Of a stretch of DNA of 64,000 nt, positions 57,338 to 64,000 are shown in pieces. The stretch covers positions 71,525-135,524 of the forward strand of contig CAYVAJ010000001.1 of assembly GCA_964448725.1 (NCBI GenBank). Reading direction: 5' to 3'. Positions within the stretch are counted from its first letter, which is position 1, and each line of letters opens with the position of its first letter. The position numbers and the translations under genes were made by a program. Source of the DNA: an uncultured Gammaproteobacteria bacterium (GTDB taxonomy: Bacteria; Patescibacteriota; Microgenomatia; Levybacterales; GWA1-39-11). The notes beneath the pieces are model-generated. The model saw only the letters and a program-made list of their open reading frames with translations, did no database searches and was not told where the DNA came from.

Positions 57338-59767
57338 ATGAAACTTGATGGAATTCGACAAAAAGTATTTTTAGACCGCTACGCTTTAAAAGATAAAGAC
57401 GGTTCTTTGCTTGAACATACTCCTGAGGAAATGTGGAAACGTGTTGCTCGCGGTGTTGCCCAGACAGAAGACAAAGAAGTACGATATCACTGGAAAAAAG
57501 AGTTTTACCGTGTGATGGAAGACTTTAAATTTGTCCCAGCAGGGCGAATTTTATCAGGTGCAGGAACAGGCTATCAAGTAACCTACTTTAACTGCTTTGT
57601 AATTCCTTCTCCAAACGATTCCCGACATGGAATTTTGCAAGCACTTGGTCAACTCGTTGAGATTCAAGCGCGTTCTGGTGGAGTAGGTCTTAATCTCTCT
57701 TCACTCAGACCAAAAGGTGCTCGTGTCAAAAAAGTAAATGGAACTTCTTCTGGTCCGGTTAACTGGGCAACATTATTCTCTGTTGCAACACATGATATTG
57801 TACAGCAAGGCGGATCACGCCGTGGTGCAACAATGCTTATGTTATGGGATTGGCATCCTGATGTTGAAGAGTTTATTACTGTAAAAGAGGATCTGACAAA
57901 AATTAATGGTGCAAATCTCTCTGTGTGTATATCTGATGCTTTCATGGAAGCAGTTAAAAATGATGCTGATTGGGATCTTGTTTATCCTGATCTTGACGAT
58001 CCAAAATATGATTCTCATTGGAATGGTGATATAGAGGAATGGAGAAAGCTTGGTGGAAAAGTAAATGTCCACAAGACTGTGAAAGCTCGAGAACAGTGGA
58101 ATCTCATCTGTAAAGCTGCATGGCAATCAGCTGAACCGGGGCTTCACTTTATGGACCGTTCTAATAAAAGATCAAACACCTGGTATTTTGAACGATTGAT
58201 TGCAACTAATCCATGCGGAGAGCAACCGCTTGGAGGATGGGCTGTCTGTAATTTAGGTGCAATGAACCTCTCTGCATATATAACTGGCTATACTGCTGAT
58301 ACTCCAGGAAAATTTGACTATAAATCATTTGCAGCAGATGTAAAAGTTGCAATGAGACTGCTTGATAACGTAATTGATCAGACGTACTACTTCTTCCCAG
58401 AAAATGAAAAATGTGCAAAAGAAATTCGCCGCACAGGACTTGGTATTATGGGGCTTGGTGATGCGCTCATCAAGATGAACCTCCCTTATGGGTCAGAAGA
58501 ATCACTGCCTGTTATTGAAAAAATCTTTAAGACATTGCGTGATAGTGCGTATGATGCATCAAGTGATATTGCAAAAGAAAAAGGATCATTCCCTAAATTT
58601 GATAAAGAACAATATCTGAAAGGGTATCACATCAAAGAATTGCCAAAAGAGTTACAGAAAAAAATTGAAAAGCAGGGTATTCGCAATGCAGTACTTTTAA
58701 CCATTGCACCAACCGGTACGACATCACTTGTATCAGGAGTAAGCTCAGGAGTAGAACCTGTCTATGAATTTGCATTCAAGAGACGCTGGCGCGGAGGAGA
58801 GGATATGATGTACCACCCGCTGTATGAGGAATGGCTAAAAGCACATCCAGGCGAAGAAAGACCTAAGTACTTTGTTTCTGCAAATGATCTTACTCCTGAA
58901 GAGCATGTAAAAGTACAAGCTGTTGCGCAAAAATATATTGACTCTTCAATTTCAAAGACTGTGAATGCGCCAAAAACACACAGTGTAGAAGATGTAAAAC
59001 GGTTATATATGATGGCGTATGATCAAGGTCTAAAAGGTATTACCTATATGCGGGATGGGTCACGACAAGGAGTGCTTGAACGGGTTGAGGAAAAGAAAGA
59101 AGAGAAAAAAGACACGCCAGTAATGAAACTGCAAAAACGACCACCAGTTATGGTAGGTGCAACATATGAGACAGAGACACCATTTGGTCATTCCTTTATT
59201 ACGATTAATAGCGATAAAGATGGGAATCCTTTTGAAGTATTTATTAATTCAGGTAAATCAGGATCAGATGTAATGGCAATGTCTGAGGCGCTAGGCCGTA
59301 TTATCTCCATGATTCTTCGGATGCAGAGCCCAATTGCGCATAGAGAACGAATTCGCCAAATTGTAAGCCAATTATCAGGAATTGGTGGCGCGCGGACTGT
59401 CGGATTTGGCATGAATAAAGTCCGTTCCATGCCTGATGCGTTAGCAAAAGTCTTAGCAGAACACTTTAGTTTTAAAGTAAATGGACGAGTTGTTGATGCA
59501 GCAAAGACACACTCTGCAGGCTCAGGGCAAGCAAGCACAACAAATGGTAATGGTGCAACAAATGGAAATGGTCATGGCTTAGCATTGAGCACACATACTC
59601 CTGTTCCAGCAGATGCTACACCGCAGACAACTGTTCTGCAACAATTAACACTGCCACAAGAAGAATCACGACAACTCTTTGATATCTGCCCCGACTGTGG
59701 TGGCGCATCCCTTGCACGCGAAGAAGGCTGTAAGAAATGCTACGCCTGCGGATATGCAGAGTGTTAA
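57338..59767 (+). CDS. nrdJ: class II (adenosylcobalamin-dependent) ribonucleotide reductase NrdJ
   Basis: N-terminal LDRYALKDKDG...EMWKRVARGVA, active-site NPCGEQPL, C-terminal CPDCGG...CKKCYACGYAEC zinc ribbon. No nrdB/nrdF present. Confidence 0.85.
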   Translation: MKLDGIRQKVFLDRYALKDKDGSLLEHTPEEMWKRVARGVAQTEDKEVRYHWKKEFYRVMEDFKFVPAGRILSGAGTGYQVTYFNCFVIPSPNDSRHGILQALGQLVEIQARSGGVGLNLSSLRPKGARVKKVNGTSSGPVNWATLFSVATHDIVQQGGSRRGATMLMLWDWHPDVEEFITVKEDLTKINGANLSVCISDAFMEAVKNDADWDLVYPDLDDPKYDSHWNGDIEEWRKLGGKVNVHKTVKAREQWNLICKAAWQSAEPGLHFMDRSNKRSNTWYFERLIATNPCGEQPLGGWAVCNLGAMNLSAYITGYTADTPGKFDYKSFAADVKVAMRLLDNVIDQTYYFFPENEKCAKEIRRTGLGIMGLGDALIKMNLPYGSEESLPVIEKIFKTLRDSAYDASSDIAKEKGSFPKFDKEQYLKGYHIKELPKELQKKIEKQGIRNAVLLTIAPTGTTSLVSGVSSGVEPVYEFAFKRRWRGGEDMMYHPLYEEWLKAHPGEERPKYFVSANDLTPEEHVKVQAVAQKYIDSSISKTVNAPKTHSVEDVKRLYMMAYDQGLKGITYMRDGSRQGVLERVEEKKEEKKDTPVMKLQKRPPVMVGATYETETPFGHSFITINSDKDGNPFEVFINSGKSGSDVMAMSEALGRIISMILRMQSPIAHRERIRQIVSQLSGIGGARTVGFGMNKVRSMPDALAKVLAEHFSFKVNGRVVDAAKTHSAGSGQASTTNGNGATNGNGHGLALSTHTPVPADATPQTTVLQQLTLPQEESRQLFDICPDCGGASLAREEGCKKCYACGYAEC

Positions 59768-59854
59768 GCTGAGAACGGAGAGTGTAGAGTGTAAAACAAA
59801 ATTTAAAACTTTACACTTTTAGTTCTAAGCTTTAATTTAAAAATATAATGTGTA

Positions 59855-60030
59855 GGTAAGAAGGTCCCGATGGTAGTTTCCATTCGGGATCCCCGATTTA
59901 ATCGGGGGGTGTAATTCCCTCTCAGTGCCGCTACTGTCCTTCGATAAACTCAGGATCCTGAGCCCGCCGAAGGGATAAAGACAGAAAACTACTCATTATT
60001 CATCATCCCGAGCCAGGAATTTTTTTATAT
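59855..60030 (+). promoter_or_regulatory. cobalamin (B12) riboswitch upstream of the adenosyltransferase gene
   Basis: AAGGTCCCGATGG ... GGTGTAATTCC ... GCCGCTACTGT ... ACTCAGGATCCTGAGCC (B12-box-like) ... CGAAGGGA, in consensus order on the + strand; T-run at 60019-60027. Confidence 0.6.
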
Positions 60031-60054
60031 CCAACTCGAGAATTCTATAATAGT

Positions 60055-60606
60055 ATGCCGATTTACACAAAAACCGGGGATAAAGGGAAGACTTCCTTGC
60101 GAAGCGGAGTGCGGGTGTGGAAAGACTCAACTCGGGTTGATACGTATGGCACGATTGATGAACTTAACTCATATCTTGGTATCATAGCTGCAGAAATTAG
60201 TGATGTACAAAGAGGCTGGAAAAAATACGTATTAGATATAGTTCTGACTATCCAACACGATTTATTTTACATAGGTTCCTCACTTGCTCAGAGCGAAGTG
60301 ATGCTTGACCGACTTGATCCACATACGCAAAACTTTGAACAAGAAATTGATGCAATGACAAAACAATTACCAGAATTGAGTAATTTTATTTTACCTGGAG
60401 GAGGGAAAATTGGTGCGCATTTTCAGTATGCCAGAACACTTGCAAGAAGATCAGAACGGCGTGTCGTAGCACTTGCACGTGCAGAAGAAGTAGATGAAGC
60501 ATTAATTCGGTATGTAAATAGACTTTCTGACTTATTTTTCACGATGAGCCGTTTTGCAAATTATAAAGAAAAAGTTGCAGAGACCATCTGGAAGCCGAAA
60601 TCTTAA
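60055..60606 (+). CDS. ATP:cob(I)alamin adenosyltransferase, PduO-type
   Basis: MPIYTKTGDKGKTSL...RVDTYGTIDELNSYLG opening signature of PduO/MMAB-type adenosyltransferases. Confidence 0.85.
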   Translation: MPIYTKTGDKGKTSLRSGVRVWKDSTRVDTYGTIDELNSYLGIIAAEISDVQRGWKKYVLDIVLTIQHDLFYIGSSLAQSEVMLDRLDPHTQNFEQEIDAMTKQLPELSNFILPGGGKIGAHFQYARTLARRSERRVVALARAEEVDEALIRYVNRLSDLFFTMSRFANYKEKVAETIWKPKS

Positions 60607-60674
60607 AAAGATATCCACCTAAACTAATCGAGATTCGAAAGTCTCTCTGGCAGATTAGGATAAAATGAAGTTTT

Positions 60675-61931
60675 ATGGAAAATAGAGCATATATACCAGA
60701 AGAAGCATATCAACAATATATTCATCCAGTACCTACAGAGAGAGAGTTAGAGCAGAGTGGAATAACAAATTTTGAACAAAAAAGATTTGGAGTATCAACA
60801 CGGAAAGTAGTACAGTACGAGCTAGATTTTGATCGTCAGCAAGCACGTGATTTGCTGAGGAATCATGATCAGACAGCGTATGATGACCAGGTTGCTAACT
60901 TTAAATCATTTACTGAGATGCAGCTGGTCACAGCACTTGGTGAACGATTTAATAGAGGATTGAGCCGTTATTCATATCGAAATATCGATGGCACGTTGTA
61001 TGGAGAACATAGTGATGAGCCATTCCTTAATGTGTTGGAGCGTGGAAGAGCGTATCGGGAGATACATGGAAATCCTATAGATCATGCACGGGAGAAAGCA
61101 GAAGTTGATGGTTTTAACAAAGTACAAGAAATACTTGGTGATGAGCAAACACCTAGTGGTACCATTATGCTTTCCATATCTCCACCGGGAGGAAAAGAAT
61201 CGATATATACGCATAACTTTTACGATGGATTCAGGAAAAAAGAGGATGGGGATATTGAAGTAGTGCGGTTTAGTAATGCACTTGATGCCTGTGAAACAAT
61301 TGAGAAGTTGCGGGAATTAGACCCCAATATTAGTATTCCAGAACAATTAGATGATGTTTCTTTGCTTTCCAATCCAATTATTATTTCACCAGATACTACT
61401 GCAAACCTTACATTGGATACTCTTCATACTCACCTTCATCAAGATCACGAAATAATGAGTGAAGAAGATTTTGAGAAAGTTAGAGAAATGTGTGCATTTC
61501 TCATAGTAAGTTATATTAACTCCTTATTAGATGATCCTGATGATACATATACTCATGCACGGCTTTATAATGCATTGTTGAATAAAGCTGATGAAATCGC
61601 AGATGCACTAAAAGGAAAATCAAAAGATATCTCATATATACAATCTTCTGCTGATATGACCGAACAGGAAATATATTATTTAGGGAGTATGCCAGTACGT
61701 GAAGTTGATACAGGATGTGGTTTTTCAGGTGGAGCAGAGAATGATATGGGAATACAGAAGAGTGCAATGGGTCCATACTCTGTAGCTTCATTTGGGGTTG
61801 AGGATCGATACGGTTCATTGACCTTTAAATGTCCGCATTGTAACTATGAGAATAAGCGTCCGTATGGAAAGCTCATTGAGAACTGTGGTGATGGACAATC
61901 AGGTGGTTGTAAAAAAAATGTCCGGTGTTAA
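60675..61931 (+). CDS. hypothetical protein with C-terminal zinc ribbon
   Basis: 418 aa; C-terminal CPHCNYENKRP...CGDGQSGGCKK. Confidence 0.45.
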   Translation: MENRAYIPEEAYQQYIHPVPTERELEQSGITNFEQKRFGVSTRKVVQYELDFDRQQARDLLRNHDQTAYDDQVANFKSFTEMQLVTALGERFNRGLSRYSYRNIDGTLYGEHSDEPFLNVLERGRAYREIHGNPIDHAREKAEVDGFNKVQEILGDEQTPSGTIMLSISPPGGKESIYTHNFYDGFRKKEDGDIEVVRFSNALDACETIEKLRELDPNISIPEQLDDVSLLSNPIIISPDTTANLTLDTLHTHLHQDHEIMSEEDFEKVREMCAFLIVSYINSLLDDPDDTYTHARLYNALLNKADEIADALKGKSKDISYIQSSADMTEQEIYYLGSMPVREVDTGCGFSGGAENDMGIQKSAMGPYSVASFGVEDRYGSLTFKCPHCNYENKRPYGKLIENCGDGQSGGCKKNVRC

Positions 61932-61941
61932 TCTCCATATT

Positions 61942-62100
61942 ATGAATAAAACAAAACTTTCTGATACAAATTGTGAGGTTTGTTTTAAAATTATTTGCAA
62001 ATCATGCGGGTGGGAGCCAAATAAAAAAGAAGTAGAGGCGATACAGAGTGGAGTACTTTCCAATTGTCCTGAGTGTGGGTGGAGTCCTAGAGTATCGTGA
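61942..62100 (+). CDS. small zinc-ribbon protein (52 aa)
   Basis: CEVCFKIICKSCGW...CPECGW: two CxxC pairs. Start re-placed at ATG 61942. Confidence 0.3.
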   Translation: MNKTKLSDTNCEVCFKIICKSCGWEPNKKEVEAIQSGVLSNCPECGWSPRVS

Positions 62101-62226
62101 AACATGTGTGGATAACTTTTCACAGAATAACTATATCAAACTGGTACATGTGTATCAAACTGTATCATTTAGCCTTGAAAAGTAGATATTGAAAAAAAGT
62201 CGAAACTGTGTATACACTAGAGCCAC

Positions 62227-62955
62227 ATGTGGAAAACTCTAGTAAACCTTATATTCCCTAAATACTGTGTTGCATGCCACCGAGTAGGAAATTATATCTG
62301 TGATGCGTGTTTTTCTTACATTCGCTTTGATCCTACTCCTATCTGTCCAGTCTGTAATAAGCACTCAATAGAAGGAGCAACCCATCCAAAATGTCAAACG
62401 TCTTATAGCATTGATGGCCTTGTTTCAGCAGTTGTATATGCTGGAGTGATAAAACGTTTAGTGTACCAATATAAATACGCACCATATGTGTCAGATTTGA
62501 AAGATGATATAGGAAAGCTAATGTGCGAAAGCTTAGAACAAAATGAAATATTCCATATGGTATTAAATGATAATCCATTGTTAGTACCTGTTCCACTCCA
62601 CCAGAGGAGACTTTCTGCAAGAGGGTATAATCATGCATTACTCCTCTGCTCTTATGTCGCACAATATTTTGAGTTGAAAACTGTTGATGATCTTATTGTT
62701 AGAAATCGTGCTACAAAGCCGCAGTTTAAACTCTCAAAAAAACAGCGCTACTCTAACGTAAAGAATGCATTTTCAGTAACTGAAAAACAACACATTGCGA
62801 TAGCAGGAAAAACAATAGTACTGGTTGACGATGTGGCAACCACCTGCTCTACTCTCAGTGAGGTTGCAAAGGTTTTAAAAAGACAAGGAGCAAAAGAAGT
62901 ATGGGGAGTTGTGTTTGCGCGGGAAGATACATTTGGTGGAGATGGGGGGCAATGA
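62227..62955 (+). CDS. comFC: ComF-family competence protein (double zinc ribbon + phosphoribosyltransferase domain)
   Basis: N-terminal CVACHRVGNYICDACF...CPVCNK; C-terminal PRTase motif IVLVDDVATTCSTL. The 3' end overlaps the ssrA 3' end on the opposite strand. Confidence 0.7.
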   Translation: MWKTLVNLIFPKYCVACHRVGNYICDACFSYIRFDPTPICPVCNKHSIEGATHPKCQTSYSIDGLVSAVVYAGVIKRLVYQYKYAPYVSDLKDDIGKLMCESLEQNEIFHMVLNDNPLLVPVPLHQRRLSARGYNHALLLCSYVAQYFELKTVDDLIVRNRATKPQFKLSKKQRYSNVKNAFSVTEKQHIAIAGKTIVLVDDVATTCSTLSEVAKVLKRQGAKEVWGVVFAREDTFGGDGGQ

Positions 62956-63347
62956 ACCCCCGTCCAATGAATGTGCATTAAAAACATCTACAAGCGTAGT
63001 CGATTATTGAAATTCATTATACCCGAACGAGAATCGACACCCGAAGATATAACTAAGGTCAAAGTTAGGATAAAAAGAAGACCAGCCTCTTTACCTTTTT
63101 CTCAACTAAATTTTTGCCTGAAACGCCCCGTTGAGAAAAGGCGTAGCAGACAGCTCGTGCCTATTAAGCAGCGAATGCCATAGCAGGTGCGAAACCTGTA
63201 TTTGGCATAAGGTCAGCAGCGAACCGCTGAACCTTGCGGCGGATGGTTGTTCCATCAGCATGTATGTTTTGAACCTGTTTTGCGACTATGATTCAAAGTC
63301 GGCTTGCAGTTTTTAAAGAACGATTCTTGTCGATACAATACATCCCC
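62934..63347 (-). ncRNA. ssrA: tmRNA (ssrA)
   Basis: Minus strand: 5' GGGGATG...ATCGACAAG; tag-reading frame ends ...GCT ATG GCA TTC GCT GCT TAA TAG (AMAFAA**); 3' tRNA-like end GGACGGGGGTTCATTGCCCCCCATCTCCACCA. Seven acceptor base pairs form with the 5' end; located directly downstream of smpB. Confidence 0.7.
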
Positions 63348-63509
63348 CCTCACTCTCCAATTTAATTACATTAAATTGGAAGCCTCATTTCCTGCCAACT
63401 AGTCAGCGCGGATGTTTACAACCAAAATTATTGATCGTAAAATTCTAAATTGAATAATTAAGAACGATTGTATAACACTTATTGCTAAGTTGTCCTATAT
63501 TATAGCATT

Positions 63510-63950
63510 TTATGCCCATTTTTTCAATTCTCTCTCAACATCTCTATCAATTGCTTTTCTACGTAACTCGCTGCGTTTTTCATGCTGCGCTTTGCCTTTC
63601 ACAAGTGCAATTTCAAGCTTAATGCGGTTATTTTTAAGATATAATGCAACTGGTACAAGCGTGAAGTTCCCCTGGTCTAATCGTGATTTAAGCGCAGTTA
63701 ATTCTTTTTTATGGATTAGTAACTTACGGCTGCGTGATTCATCATAATTTTCAACACGAGAAAATTTATACGGAAATATTTTTGCATTTACTAAATATGC
63801 CTCACCGTCTAAGATGCGTACATGTGCACCGTCAAGATTTACATGATTTGATCGAATTGCTTTTACTTCAGACCCAAGCAAGACAATACCAGTCTCAAGT
63901 CTTTCTACAATGGTATAATTCCGATTTAATTGTTTGTTAATAATTTTCAT
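63510..63950 (-). CDS. smpB: SsrA-binding protein SmpB
   Basis: 146 aa; LLGSEVKAIRSNHVNLDGAHVRI...YLVNAKIFPY...LLIHKKELTALKSRL. Confidence 0.9.
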   Translation of the reverse strand: MKIINKQLNRNYTIVERLETGIVLLGSEVKAIRSNHVNLDGAHVRILDGEAYLVNAKIFPYKFSRVENYDESRSRKLLIHKKELTALKSRLDQGNFTLVPVALYLKNNRIKLEIALVKGKAQHEKRSELRRKAIDRDVERELKKWA

Positions 63951-64000
63951 GCCTTCATTATAGCATTTCAGAAATATACCTATATGAGCATGAAGCGAAT

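Noticed and set aside
62900-63400. Genomic island integrated at ssrA
   Set aside because: No integrase or recombinase nearby, and no second copy of the ssrA 3'-end sequence was seen in the window.
1-64000. CRISPR array / cas genes
   Set aside because: No regularly spaced direct repeats were found; the only tandem repeats are in-frame coding module repeats.

Overview
Low-GC (about 35-40% by eye), gene-dense bacterial chromosome segment. By inference it comes from a reduced-genome Patescibacteria/CPR-like organism: many hypothetical membrane proteins, DUF5667, CPR-type T4SS-pilin-like paralogs, and frequent leaderless promoters. The window holds the replication origin (clpB-dnaA-dnaN with 2+2 perfect DnaA boxes) and housekeeping genes (folC, Fe/Mn SOD, truB, family-4 UDG, DEDDy exonuclease, smpB-ssrA, comFC). 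It also holds a B12 module: nrdR, class II RNR nrdJ, then a cobalamin riboswitch in front of a PduO-type cob(I)alamin adenosyltransferase. Three accessory blocks stand out. (i) A 9901-bp gene (4964..14869) encodes a 3301-aa modular surface protein: pectate-lyase-like beta-helix, 2x CBM6/35-like, 6x Cna-B/SdrD-B-like modules with near-identical DNA repeats, an unknown 500-aa core, a jelly-roll domain, FN3 and a C-terminal double dockerin. (ii) Right beside oriC is a 10.6-kb minus-strand operon resembling a Gram-positive-type type IV secretion system: PrgI/VirB3-like, a VirB4 split into two ORFs with PQ-rich extensions, a VirB1-like lytic transglycosylase, an M23 peptidase, a CHAP hydrolase, a PD40 beta-propeller and TM proteins. 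(iii) A pilin island carries four paralogous T4SS-pilin-like genes (one fused to a 480-aa extracellular extension), a lipoprotein, an AAA-ATPase/OmpR-type wHTH regulator, two four-helix-bundle (Avd/23S-IVS family) genes, a 1732-aa hypothetical giant protein and a VirB6-like polytopic membrane protein. The 5' edge carries a partial OLD-family (ABC-ATPase + Toprim) nuclease gene. No transposase, integrase, CRISPR array, rRNA or tRNA gene was seen; one tmRNA (ssrA) is called on the minus strand. The ORF track uses GTG/TTG as starts, so several starts were re-placed at in-frame ATGs.
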